Translations under genes and position numbers: made by a program
In this document: one piece after another, positions 47,501-62,710 of the stretch
How positions within the stretch are numbered: the first letter of the stretch is position 1
Layout: each line of letters starts with the position of its first letter
Assembly: GCA_964016885.1 (NCBI GenBank)
Contig: OZ024753.1
Location: 24,800,001-24,864,000, forward strand
Length of the DNA: 64,000 nucleotides
Reading direction: 5' to 3'
Source of the DNA: Eledone cirrhosa
Lineage: Eukaryota
The notes under the pieces: generated by a model
Told to the model about the DNA's origin: nothing
The model's input: the letters and a program-made list of their open reading frames with translations, nothing else
Database searches by the model: none

Positions 47501-48349
47501 AAACATGATAGTAATAACGCCAGTCAAGACATAGAAACATGATAGTAATAACTCCAGTCAAGATATAGAAACATGATAGTAATAACTCCAACCAAGACAT
47601 AGTAACAGGATAGTAATAACTCTAGCCAAGATATAGAAACATGATAGTAATAACTCCAGTCAAGATATAGTAACATGATAGTAATAACTCCAGTCAAGAT
47701 ATATAAACATGATAGTAATAGCTCACACCAAGACATAGAAACATGATAGTAATAACTCCAACCAAGATATAGAAACAGGATAGTAATAACTCCAACCAAA
47801 CATAGAAACAGGATAGTAATAACTCCAGCCAAGACATAGAAACAGGATAGTAATAACTCCAGACAAGACATAGAAACAAGATAGTAATAACTCTAACCAA
47901 GACATAGAGACATGATAGTGATAACTCCAGTCAAGATATAGAAACATGATAGTAATAACTCCAACCAAGATATAGAAACATGATAGTAATAACTCCAACC
48001 AAGACATAGAAACATGATAGTAATAACTCCAGCCAAGATATAGAAACATGATAGTAATAACTCCAACCAAGACATAGAAACATGATAATAATAACTCCAG
48101 TCAAGACATAGAAACATGATAGTAATAACTCCAAGTAAGACATAGAAACATGATAATAATTACTCCAGTCAAGACATAGAAACATGATAGTAATAACGCC
48201 AGTCAAGATATAGAAACATGATAGTAATAACTCCAACCAAGACATAGAAACCGGATAGTAATAACTCCAGTCAAGATATAGAAACAGGAGAGTATTAACT
48301 CCAGTCAAGATATAGAAACATGATAGTAATAACTCCAGTCAAGATATAG
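40696..48349. repeat. Tandem duplication with a 3805-bp unit (112 monomers), 2 copies
   Basis: ORF pairs 40729/44534, 41715/45520, 43719/47524 and 44126/47931. Private markers CCAGTAAAG and CCAAGTAAG are shared. Junction at ~44501-44544. Confidence 0.9.
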
Positions 48350-51300
48350 AAACATGATAGTAATAACTTCAACCAAGACATAGAAACAGGATAGTAATAA
48401 CTCCAACCAAGATATAGAAACATGATAGTAATAACTCCAACCAAGACATAGAAACATGATAGTAATAACTCCAGCCAAGACATAGAAACATGATAGTAAT
48501 AACTCCAGTCAAGACATAGAAACATGATAGTAATAACTCCAGTCAAGACATAGAAACATGATAGTAATAACTCCAGTCAAGACATAGAAACATGATAGTA
48601 ATAACTCCAGTCAAGATATAGAAACATGATAGTAATAACTCCAACCAAGACATAGAAACAGGATAGTAATAACTCTAGCCAAGATATAGAAACATGATAG
48701 TAATAACTCCAGTCAAGATATAGTAACATGATAGTAATAACTCCAGTCAAAATATAGAAACATGATAGTAATAGCTCCAACCAACACATAGAAACATGAT
48801 AGTAATAACTCCAACCAAACATAGAAACAGGATAGTAATAACTCCAGCGAAGACATAGAAACATGATAGTAATAACTCCAACCAAGACATAGAAACATGA
48901 TAGTAATAACTCCAACCAAGATATAGAAACATGATAGTAATAACTCCAACCAAGACATAGAAACAGGATAGTAATAACTCCAACCAAGACATAGAAACAT
49001 GATAGTAATAACTCCAACCTAGATATAGAAACATGATAGTAATAACTCTAACCAAGACATAGAAACATGATAGTAATAACTCCAGCCAAGACATAGAAAC
49101 ATGATAGTAATAACTCCAACCAAGACATAAAAACATGATAATAATAACTCCAGTCAAGACATAGAAACATGATAGTAATAACTCCAGTCAAGACATAGAA
49201 ACATAATAGTAATAACTCCAACCAAGACATAGAAACATGATAGTAATAACTCCAACCAAGATATAGAAACATGATAGTAATAACTCCAACCAAGACATAG
49301 AAACAGGATAGTAATAACTCCAACCAAGACATAGAAACATGATAGTAATAACTCCAACCTAGATATAGAAACATGATAGTAATAACTCCAACCAAGACAT
49401 AGAAACATGATAGTAATAACTCCAGCCAAGACATAGAAACATGATAGTAATAACTCCAACCAAGACATAGAAACATGATAATAATAACTCCAGTCAAGAC
49501 ATAGAAACATGATAGTAATAACTCCAGTCAAGACATAGAAACATAATAGTAATAACTCCAACCAAGATATAGAAACATGATAGTAATAACGCCAGTCAAG
49601 ACATAGAAACATGATAGTAATAACTCCAGTCAAGATATAGAAACATGATAGTAATAACTCCAACCAAGACATAGAAACATGATAGTAATAACTCCAGTCA
49701 AGACATAGAAACATAATAGTAATAACTCCAACCAAGATATAGAAACATGATAGTAATAACTCCAGCCAAGACATAGAAACATGATAGTAATAACTCCAAC
49801 CAAGACATAAAAACATGATAATAATAACTCCAGTCAAGACATAGAAACATGATAGTAATAACTCCAGTCAAGACATAGAAACATAATAGTAATAACTCCA
49901 ACCAAGACATAGAAACATGATAGTAATAACTCCAACCAAGATATAGAAACATGATAGTAATAACTCCAACCAAGACATAGAAACAGGATAGTAATAACTC
50001 CAACCAAGACATAGAAACATGATAGTAATAACTCCAACCTAGATATAGAAACATGATAGTAATAACTCCAACCAAGACATAGAAACATGATAGTAATAAC
50101 TCCAGCCAAGACATAGAAACATGATAGTAATAACTCCAACCAAGACATAGAAACATGATAATAATAACTCCAGTCAAGACATAGAAACATGATAGTAATA
50201 ACTCCAGTCAAGACATAGAAACATAATAGTAATAACTCCAACCAAGATATAGAAACATGATAGTAATAACGCCAGTCAAGACATAGAAACATGATAGTAA
50301 TAACTCCAGTCAAGATATAGAAACATGATAGTAATAACTCCAACCAAGACATAGAAACAGGATAGTAATAACTCTAGCCAAGATATAGAAACATGATAGT
50401 AATAACTCCAGTCAAGATATAGTAACATGATAGTAATAACTCCAGTCAAGATATATAAACATGATAGTAATAGCTCCAACCAAGACATAGAAACATGATA
50501 GTAATAACTCCAACCAAGATATAGAAACATGATAATAATAACTCCAGGGAAGACATAGAAACATGATAGTAATAACTCCAACCAAGACATAGAAACATGA
50601 TAGTAATAACTCCAACCAAGACATAGAAACAGGATAGTAATAACTCTAGCCAAGATATAGAAACATGATAGTAATAACTCCAGCCAAGACATAGAAACAG
50701 GATAGTAATAACTCCAGACAAGACATAGAAACAAGATAGTAATAACTCTAACCAAGACATAGAGACATGATAGTGATAACTCCAGAAAAGATATAGAAAC
50801 AAGATAGTAATAACTCCAGACAAGATATAGAAACAAGATAGTAATAACTCCAACCAAGATATAGAAACAAGATAGTAATAACTCCAACCAAGATATAGAA
50901 ACAAGATAGTAATAACTCCAGCCAAGATATAGAAACATGATAGTAATAACTCCAGCCAAGATATAGAAACAAGATAGTAATAACTCCAGTCAAGATATAG
51001 AAATATGATAGTAATAACTCTAACCAAGACATAGAGACATGATAGTGATAACTCCAGAAAAGATATAGAAAGAAGATAGTAATAACTCCAGACAAGATAT
51101 AGAAACAAGATAGTAATAACTCCAACCAAGATATAGAAACAAGATAGTAATAACTCCAACCAAGATATAGAAACAAGATAGTAATTACTCCAGCCAAGAT
51201 ATAGAAACATGATAGTAATAACTCCAGTCAAGATATAGAAATATGATAGTAATAACTCTAACCAAGACATAGAGACATGATAGTAATAACTCCAACCAAG

Positions 51301-54300
51301 ACATATAAACAGTATAGTAATAACTCCAGATAAGACAGAGAAACATGATAGTAATAACTCCAGACAAGATATAGAAAGATGATAGTAATAACTCCAACCA
51401 AGACAGAGAAACATGATAGTAATAACTCCAGCCAAGATATAGAAACAGGATAGTAATAACTCCAACCAAACATAGAAACAGGATAATAATAACTCCAGCG
51501 AAGACATAGAAACATGATAGTAATAACTCCAACCAAGACATAGAAACATGATAGTAATAACTCCAACCAAGATATAGAAACAGGATAGTAATAACTCCAA
51601 CCAAGACATAGAAACAGGATAGTAATAACTCCAGTCAAGATATAGAAACATGATAGTAATAACTCCAACCAAGATATAGAAACATGATAGTAATAACTCC
51701 AACCAAGACATAGAAACAGGATAGTAATAACTCCAACCAAGACATAGAAACATGATAGTAATAACTCCAACCAAGATATAGAAACATGATAGTAATAACT
51801 CCAACCAAGACATAGAAACATGATAGTAATAACTCCAGCCAAGACATAGAAACTTCATAGTAATAACTCCAACCAAGACATAGAAACATGATAATAATAA
51901 CTCCAGTCAAGACATAGAAACATGATAGTAATAACTCCAGTCAAGACATAGAAACATGATAGTAATAACTCCAACCAACATATAGAAACATGATAGTAAT
52001 AACGCCAGTCAAGATATAGAAACATGATAGTAATAACTCCAGCCAAGACATAGAAACATGATAGTAATAACTCCAGCCAAGACATAGAAACATGATAGTA
52101 ATAACTCCCGCCAAGATATAGAAACATGATAGTAATAACTCGAGTCAAGAGATAGAAACATGATAGTAATAACTCAAGTCAAGACTTAGAAACATGATAG
52201 TAATAACTCCAGTCAAGATATAGAAACATGATAATAATAACCCCGATCAAGTTATAGAAACATGATAGTAATAACTCCAACCAAGACAGAGAAACATGAT
52301 AGTAATAACTCCAACCAAAATATAGAAACAGGATAGTAATAACTCCAACCAAACATAGAAACAGGATAGTAATAACTCCAGCGAAGACATAGAAACATGA
52401 TAGTAATAACTCCAACCAAGACATAGAAACATGATAGTAATAACTCCAACCAAGATATAGAAACATGATAGTAATAACTCCAACCAAGACATAGAAACAG
52501 GATAGTAATAACTCCAACCAAGACATAGAAACATGATAGTAATAACTCCAACCTAGATATAGAAACATGATAGTAATAACTCCAACCAAGACATAGAAAC
52601 ATGATAGTAATAACTCCAGCCAAGACATAGAAACATGATAGTAATAACTCCAACCAAGACATAAAAACATGATAATAATAACTCCAGTCAAGACATAGAA
52701 ACATGATAGTAATAACTCCAGTCAAGACATAGAAACATAATAGTAATAACTCCAACCAAGACATAGAAACATGATAGTAATAACTCCAACCAAGATATAG
52801 AAACATGATAGTAATAACTCCAACCAAGACATAGAAACAGGATAGTAATAACTCCAACCAAGACATAGAAACATGATAGTAATAACTCCAACCAAGACAT
52901 AGAAACATGATAATAATAACTCCAGTCAAGACATAGAAACATGATAGTAATAACTCCAGTCAAGACATAGAAACATAATAGTAATAACTCCAACCAAGAT
53001 ATAGAAACATGATAGTAATAACGCCAGTCAAGACATAGAAACATGATAGTAATAACTCCAGTCAAGATATAGAAACATGATAGTAATAACTCCAACCAAG
53101 ACATAGTAACAGGATAGTAATAACTCTAGCCAAGATATAGAAACATGATAGTAATAACTCCAGTCAAGATATAGTAACATGATAGTAATAACTCCAGTCA
53201 AGATATATAAACATGATAGTAATAGCTCACACCAAGACATAGAAACATGATAGTAATAACTCCAACCAAGATATAGAAACAGGATAGTAATAACTCCAAC
53301 CAAACATAGAAACAGGATAGTAATAACTCCAGCCAAGACATAGAAACAGGATAGTAATAACTCCAGACAAGACATAGAAACAAGATAGTAATAACTCTAA
53401 CCAAGACATAGAGACATGATAGTGATAACTCCAGTCAAGATATAGAAACATGATAGTAATAACTCCAACCAAGATATAGAAACATGATAGTAATAACTCC
53501 AACCAAGACATAGAAACATGATAGTAATAACTCCAGCCAAGATATAGAAACATGATAGTAATAACTCCAACCAAGACATAGAAACATGATAATAATAACT
53601 CCAGTCAAGACATAGAAACATGATAGTAATAACTCCAAGTAAGACATAGAAACATGATAATAATTACTCCAGTCAAGACATAGAAACATGATAGTAATAA
53701 CGCCAGTCAAGATATAGAAACATGATAGTAATAACTCCAACCAAGACATAGAAACCGGATAGTAATAACTCCAGTCAAGATATAGAAACAGGAGAGTATT
53801 AACTCCAGTCAAGATATAGAAACATGATAGTAATAACTCCAGTCAAGATATAGTAACATGATAGTAATAACTCCAGTCAAGATATATAAACATGATAGTA
53901 ATAGCTCCAACCAAGACATAGAAACATGATAGTAATAACTCCAACCAAGATATAGAAACATGATAATAATAACTCCAGCGAAGACATAGAAACATGATAG
54001 TAATAACTCCAACCAAGACATAGAAACATGATAGTAATAACTCCAACCAAGACATAGAAACAGGATAGTAATAACTCTAGCCAAGATATAGAAACATGAT
54101 AGTAATAACTCCAGCCAAGACATAGAAACAGGATAGTAATAACTCCAGACAAGACATAGAAACAAGATAGTAATAACTCTAACCAAGACATAGAGACATG
54201 ATAGTGATAACTCCAGAAAAGATATAGAAACAAGATAGTAATAACTCCAGACAAGATATAGAAACAAGATAGTAATAACTCCAACCAAGACATAGAAATA

Positions 54301-57300
54301 TGATAGTAATAACTCCAGCCAAGACATAGAAACATGATAGTAATAACTCCAACCAAGACATAAAAACATGATAATAATAACTCCAGTCAAGACATAGAAA
54401 CATGATAGTAATAACTCCAGTAAAGACATAGAAACATAATAGTAATAACTCCAACCAAGACATAGAAACATGATAGTAATAACTCCAACCAAGATATAGA
54501 AACATGATAGTAATAACTCCAACCAAGACATAGAAACAGGATAGTAATAACTCCAACCAAGACATAGAAACATGATAGTAATAACTCCAACCTAGATATA
54601 GAAACATGATAGTAATAACTCCAACCAAGACATAGAAACATGATAGTAATAACTCCAGCCAAGACATAGAAACATGATAGTAATAACTCCAACCAAGACA
54701 TAGAAACATGATAATAATAACTCCAGTCAAGACATAGAAACATGATAGTAATAACTCCAGTCAAGACATAGAAACATAATAGTAATAACTCCAACCAAGA
54801 TATAGAAACATGATAGTAATAACGCCAGTCAAGACATAGAAACATGATAGTAATAACTCCAGTCAAGATATAGAAACATGATAGTAATAACTCCAACCAA
54901 GACATAGTAACAGGATAGTAATAACTCTAGCCAAGATATAGAAACATGATAGTAATAACTCCAGTCAAGATATAGTAACATGATAGTAATAACTCCAGTC
55001 AAGATATATAAACATGATAGTAATAGCTCCAACCAAGACATAGAAACATGATAGTAATAACTCCAACCAAGATATAGAAACAGGATAGTAATAACTCCAA
55101 CCAAACATAGAAACAGGATAGTAATAACTCCAGCCAAGACATAGAAACAGGATAGTAATAACTCCAGACAAGACATAGAAACAAGATAGTAATAACTCTA
55201 ACCAAGACATAGAGACATGATAGTGATAACTCCAGTCAAGATATAGAAACATGATAGTAATAACTCCAACCAAGATATAGAAACATGATAGTAATAACTC
55301 CAACCAAGACATAGAAACATGATAGTAATAACTCCAGCCAAGATATAGAAACATGATAGTAATAACTCCAACCAAGACATAGAAACATGATAATAATAAC
55401 TCCAGTCAAGACATAGAAACATGATAGTAATAACTCCAACTAAGACATAGAAACATGATAATAATTACTCCAGTCAAGATATAGAAACATGATAGTAATA
55501 ACTCCAACCAAGACATAGAAACATGATAGTAATAACGCCAGTCAAGATATAGAAACATGATAGTAATAACTCCAACCAAGACATAGAAACCGGATAGTAA
55601 TAACTCCAGTCAAGATATAGAAACAGGAGAGTATTAACTCCAGTCAAGATATAGAAACATGATAGTAATAACTCCAGTCAAGATATAGAAACATGATAGT
55701 AATAACTTCAACCAAGACATAGAAACAGGATAGTAATAACTCCAACCAAGATATAGAAACATGATAGTAATAACTCCAACCAAGACATAGAAACATGATA
55801 GTAATAACTCCAGCCAAGACATAGAAACATGATAGTAATAACTCCAGTCAAGACATAGAAACATGATAGTAATAACTCCAGTCAAGACATAGAAACATGA
55901 TAGTAATAACTCCAGTCAAGACATAGAAACATGATAGTAATAACTCCAGTCAAGATATAGAAACATGATAGTAATAACTCCAGTCAAGATATAGAAACAT
56001 GATAGTAATAACTCTAGCCAAGATATAGAAACATGATAGTAATAACTCCAGTCAAGATATAGTAACATGATAGTAATAACTCCAGTCAAGATATAGAAAC
56101 ATGATAGTAATAGCTCCAACCAACACATAGAAACATGATAGTAATAACTCCAACCAAACATAGAAACAGGATAGTAATAACTCCAGCGAAGACATAGAAA
56201 CATGATAGTAATAACTCCAACCAAGACATAGAAACATGATAGTAATAACTCCAACCAAGATATAGAAACATGATAGTAATAACTCCAACCAAGACATAGA
56301 AACAGGATAGTAATAACTCCAACCAAGACATAGAAACATGATAGTAATAACTCCAACCTAGATATAGAAACATGATAGTAATAACTCCAACCAAGACATA
56401 GAAACATGATAGTAATAACTCCAGCCAAGACATAGAAACATGATAGTAATAACTCCAACCAAGACATAAAAACATGATAATAATAACTCCAGTCAAGACA
56501 TAGAAACATGATAGTAATAACTCCAGTCAAGACATAGAAACATAATAGTAATAACTCCAACCAAGACATAGAAACATGATAGTAATAACTCCAACCAAGA
56601 TATAGAAACATGATAGTAATAACTCCAACCAAGACATAGAAACAGGATAGTAATAACTCCAACCAAGACATAGAAACATGATAGTAATAACTCCAACCAA
56701 GACATAGAAACATGATAATAATAACTCCAGTCAAGACATAGAAACATGATAGTAATAACTCCAGTCAAGACATAGAAACATAATAGTAATAACTCCAACC
56801 AAGATATAGAAACATGATAGTAATAACGCCAGTCAAGACATAGAAACATGATAGTAATAACTCCAGTCAAGATATAGAAACATGATAGTAATAACTCCAA
56901 CCAAGACATAGTAACAGGATAGTAATAACTCTAGCCAAGATATAGAAACATGATAGTAATAACTCCAGTCAAGATATAGTAACATGATAGTAATAACTCC
57001 AGTCAAGATATATAAACATGATAGTAATAGCTCACACCAAGACATAGAAACATGATAGTAATAACTCCAACCAAGATATAGAAACAGGATAGTAATAACT
57101 CCAACCAAACATAGAAACAGGATAGTAATAACTCCAGCCAAGACATAGAAACAGGATAGTAATAACTCCAGACAAGACATAGAAACAAGATAGTAATAAC
57201 TCTAACCAAGACATAGAGACATGATAGTGATAACTCCAGTCAAGATATAGAAACATGATAGTAATAACTCCAACCAAGATATAGAAACATGATAGTAATA

Positions 57301-60300
57301 ACTCCAACCAAGACATAGAAACATGATAGTAATAACTCCAGCCAAGATATAGAAACATGATAGTAATAACTCCAACCAAGACATAGAAACATGATAATAA
57401 TAACTCCAGTCAAGACATAGAAACATGATAGTAATAACTCCAAGTAAGACATAGAAACATGATAATAATTACTCCAGTCAAGACATAGAAACATGATAGT
57501 AATAACGCCAGTCAAGATATAGAAACATGATAGTAATAACTCCAACCAAGACATAGAAACCGGATAGTAATAACTCCAGTCAAGATATAGAAACAGGAGA
57601 GTATTAACTCCAGTCAAGATATAGAAACATGATAGTAATAACTCCAGTCAAGATATAGAAACATGATAGTAATAACTTCAACCAAGACATAGAAACAGGA
57701 TAGTAATAACTCCAACCAAGATATAGAAACATGATAGTAATAACTCCAACCAAGACATAGAAACATGATAGTAATAACTCCAGCCAAGACATAGAAACAT
57801 GATAGTAATAACTCCAGTCAAGACATAGAAACATGATAGTAATAACTCCAGTCAAGACATAGAAACATGATAGTAATAACTCCAGTCAAGACATAGAAAC
57901 ATGATAGTAATAACTCCAGTCAAGATATAGAAACATGATAGTAATAACTCCAACCAAGACATAGAAACAGGATAGTAATAACTCTAGCCAAGATATAGAA
58001 ACATGATAGTAATAACTCCAGTCAAGATATAGTAACATGATAGTAATAACTCCAGTCAAAATATAGAAACATGATAGTAATAGCTCCAACCAACACATAG
58101 AAACATGATAGTAATAACTCCAACCAAACATAGAAACAGGATAGTAATAACTCCAGCGAAGACATAGAAACATGATAGTAATAACTCCAACCAAGACATA
58201 GAAACATGATAGTAATAACTCCAACCAAGATATAGAAACATGATAGTAATAACTCCAACCAAGACATAGAAACAGGATAGTAATAACTCCAACCAAGACA
58301 TAGAAACATGATAGTAATAACTCCAACCTAGATATAGAAACATGATAGTAATAACTCTAACCAAGACATAGAAACATGATAGTAATAACTCCAGCCAAGA
58401 CATAGAAACATGATAGTAATAACTCCAACCAAGACATAAAAACATGATAATAATAACTCCAGTCAAGACATAGAAACATGATAGTAATAACTCCAGTCAA
58501 GACATAGAAACATAATAGTAATAACTCCAACCAAGACATAGAAACATGATAGTAATAACTCCAACCAAGATATAGAAACATGATAGTAATAACTCCAACC
58601 AAGACATAGAAACAGGATAGTAATAACTCCAACCAAGACATAGAAACATGATAGTAATAACTCCAACCTAGATATAGAAACATGATAGTAATAACTCCAA
58701 CCAAGACATAGAAACATGATAGTAATAACTCCAGCCAAGACATAGAAACATGATAGTAATAACTCCAACCAAGACATAGAAACATGATAATAATAACTCC
58801 AGTCAAGACATAGAAACATGATAGTAATAACTCCAGTCAAGACATAGAAACATAATAGTAATAACTCCAACCAAGATATAGAAACATGATAGTAATAACG
58901 CCAGTCAAGACATAGAAACATGATAGTAATAACTCCAGTCAAGATATAGAAACATGATAGTAATAACTCCAACCAAGACATAGAAACATGATAGTAATAA
59001 CTCCAGTCAAGACATAGAAACATAATAGTAATAACTCCAACCAAGATATAGAAACATGATAGTAATAACTCCAGCCAAGACATAGAAACATGATAGTAAT
59101 AACTCCAACCAAGACATAAAAACATGATAATAATAACTCCAGTCAAGACATAGAAACATGATAGTAATAACTCCAGTCAAGACATAGAAACATAATAGTA
59201 ATAACTCCAACCAAGACATAGAAACATGATAGTAATAACTCCAACCAAGATATAGAAACATGATAGTAATAACTCCAACCAAGACATAGAAACAGGATAG
59301 TAATAACTCCAACCAAGACATAGAAACATGATAGTAATAACTCCAACCTAGATATAGAAACATGATAGTAATAACTCCAACCAAGACATAGAAACATGAT
59401 AGTAATAACTCCAGCCAAGACATAGAAACATGATAGTAATAACTCCAACCAAGACATAGAAACATGATAATAATAACTCCAGTCAAGACATAGAAACATG
59501 ATAGTAATAACTCCAGTCAAGACATAGAAACATAATAGTAATAACTCCAACCAAGATATAGAAACATGATAGTAATAACGCCAGTCAAGACATAGAAACA
59601 TGATAGTAATAACTCCAGTCAAGATATAGAAACATGATAGTAATAACTCCAACCAAGACATAGAAACAGGATAGTAATAACTCTAGCCAAGATATAGAAA
59701 CATGATAGTAATAACTCCAGTCAAGATATAGTAACATGATAGTAATAACTCCAGTCAAGATATATAAACATGATAGTAATAGCTCCAACCAAGACATAGA
59801 AACATGATAGTAATAACTCCAACCAAGATATAGAAACATGATAATAATAACTCCAGGGAAGACATAGAAACATGATAGTAATAACTCCAACCAAGACATA
59901 GAAACATGATAGTAATAACTCCAACCAAGACATAGAAACAGGATAGTAATAACTCTAGCCAAGATATAGAAACATGATAGTAATAACTCCAGCCAAGACA
60001 TAGAAACAGGATAGTAATAACTCCAGACAAGACATAGAAACAAGATAGTAATAACTCTAACCAAGACATAGAGACATGATAGTGATAACTCCAGAAAAGA
60101 TATAGAAACAAGATAGTAATAACTCCAGACAAGATATAGAAACAAGATAGTAATAACTCCAACCAAGATATAGAAACAAGATAGTAATAACTCCAACCAA
60201 GATATAGAAACAAGATAGTAATAACTCCAGCCAAGATATAGAAACATGATAGTAATAACTCCAGCCAAGATATAGAAACAAGATAGTAATAACTCCAGTC

Positions 60301-61654
60301 AAGATATAGAAATATGATAGTAATAACTCTAACCAAGACATAGAGACATGATAGTGATAACTCCAGAAAAGATATAGAAAGAAGATAGTAATAACTCCAG
60401 ACAAGATATAGAAACAAGATAGTAATAACTCCAACCAAGATATAGAAACAAGATAGTAATAACTCCAACCAAGATATAGAAACAAGATAGTAATTACTCC
60501 AGCCAAGATATAGAAACATGATAGTAATAACTCCAGTCAAGATATAGAAATATGATAGTAATAACTCTAACCAAGACATAGAGACATGATAGTAATAACT
60601 CCAACCAAGACATATAAACAGTATAGTAATAACTCCAGATAAGACAGAGAAACATGATAGTAATAACTCCAGACAAGATATAGAAAGATGATAGTAATAA
60701 CTCCAACCAAGACAGAGAAACATGATAGTAATAACTCCAGCCAAGATATAGAAACAGGATAGTAATAACTCCAACCAAACATAGAAACAGGATAATAATA
60801 ACTCCAGCGAAGACATAGAAACATGATAGTAATAACTCCAACCAAGACATAGAAACATGATAGTAATAACTCCAACCAAGATATAGAAACAGGATAGTAA
60901 TAACTCCAACCAAGACATAGAAACAGGATAGTAATAACTCCAGTCAAGATATAGAAACATGATAGTAATAACTCCAACCAAGATATAGAAACATGATAGT
61001 AATAACTCCAACCAAGACATAGAAACAGGATAGTAATAACTCCAACCAAGACATAGAAACATGATAGTAATAACTCCAACCAAGATATAGAAACATGATA
61101 GTAATAACTCCAACCAAGACATAGAAACATGATAGTAATAACTCCAGCCAAGACATAGAAACTTCATAGTAATAACTCCAACCAAGACATAGAAACATGA
61201 TAATAATAACTCCAGTCAAGACATAGAAACATGATAGTAATAACTCCAGTCAAGACATAGAAACATGATAGTAATAACTCCAACCAACATATAGAAACAT
61301 GATAGTAATAACGCCAGTCAAGATATAGAAACATGATAGTAATAACTCCAGCCAAGACATAGAAACATGATAGTAATAACTCCAGCCAAGACATAGAAAC
61401 ATGATAGTAATAACTCCCGCCAAGATATAGAAACATGATAGTAATAACTCGAGTCAAGAGATAGAAACATGATAGTAATAACTCAAGTCAAGACTTAGAA
61501 ACATGATAGTAATAACTCCAGTCAAGATATAGAAACATGATAATAATAACCCCGATCAAGTTATAGAAACATGATAGTAATAACTCCAACCAAGACAGAG
61601 AAACATGATAGTAATAACTCCAACCAAAATATAGAAACAGGATAGTAATAACTC
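43023..61654. repeat. Tandem duplication with a 9309-bp unit (274 monomers), 2 apparently identical copies
   Basis: ORF pairs 43719/53028, 44500/53809, 50446/59755 and 51855/61164. Private variants GTCAAAATAT (~48746/58055), CCAGGGAAG (~50544/59853), ACTTCATAG (~51852/61161) and CTCGAG (52139/61448) all lie 9309 bp apart. Junction at ~52332-52345. Confidence 0.93.
49075..50360. repeat. 680-bp (20-monomer) duplication nested in the 9309-bp unit; repeated at ~58385-59670
   Basis: ORF pairs 49154/49834 and 58463/59143. The CATAAAAACATGATAAT marker is at ~49126 and ~49806. Confidence 0.82.
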
Positions 61655-62710
61655 TAACCAAGACATAGAAACAGGATAGTAATAACTCCAAACTAAATAT
61701 GGAAACATGATAGTAATAACTCCAATCAAGACATAGAAACAGGATAGTAATAACTCCTACCAAGACATAGAAACAGGATAGTAATAACTCCAACCAAGAC
61801 ATAGAAACAGGATAGTAATAACTCCAGCCAAGATATAGAAACAGTATAGTAATAACTCCAACCAAGACATAGAAACAGGATAGTAATAACTCCAACCAAG
61901 ACATAGAAACAGGATAGTAATAACTCCCGCCAAGATATAGAAACATGATAGTAATAACTCCAGTCAAGAGATAGAAACATGATAGTAATAACTCCAGTCA
62001 AGACATAGAAACATGATAGTAATAACTCCAACCAAGACATAGAAACATGATAGTAATAACTCCAACCAAAATATAGAAACATGATAGTAACAACTCCAAC
62101 CAAGAAATAGAAACATGATAGTAATAACTCCAACCAAAATATAGAAACATGATAGTAATAACTCCAACCAAGACATAGAAACATGATAGTAATAACTCCA
62201 ACCAAGACATAGAAACAGGATAGTAATAACTCCAACCAAGATATAGAAATAGGATAGTAACAACTCCAGCCAAAATATTGAAACATGATAGTAATAACTC
62301 CAACCAAGATATAGAAACATGATAGTAATAACTCCAAAGAAGATATAGAAACAGGATAGTAATAACTCCAACCAAGACATAGAAACAGGATAGTAATAAC
62401 TTCAGACAAGACATAGAAACAGGATAGTAATAACTCCAGACAAGACATAGAAACAGGATAGTAATAACTCCAGACAAGACATAGAAACATGATAGTAATA
62501 ACTCCAACCAAGATATAGAAACATGATAATAATATCTCCAACCAAGACATAGAAACAGGATAGTAATAACTCCAGCAAAGACATAGAAGCAGGATAGTAA
62601 TAACTCCAGACAAGACTGAGAAACATGATAATAATAACTCCAACCAAGACATAGAAACATGATAGTAATAACCCCAATCATGACATAAAAACATGATAAT
62701 AATAACTTCA
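61655..62710. repeat. Divergent, non-homogenised monomer patch of the same 34-bp family
   Basis: High density of variants that I did not see elsewhere in the window: CCAAACTAAATATGG, CTCCTACC, GTAACAACTCC, AAGAAATAG, AAAATATTG, CCAAAGAAG, CCAGCAAAG, AGAAGCAGG, GACTGAG, CCCCAATCATGAC. Confidence 0.85.
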
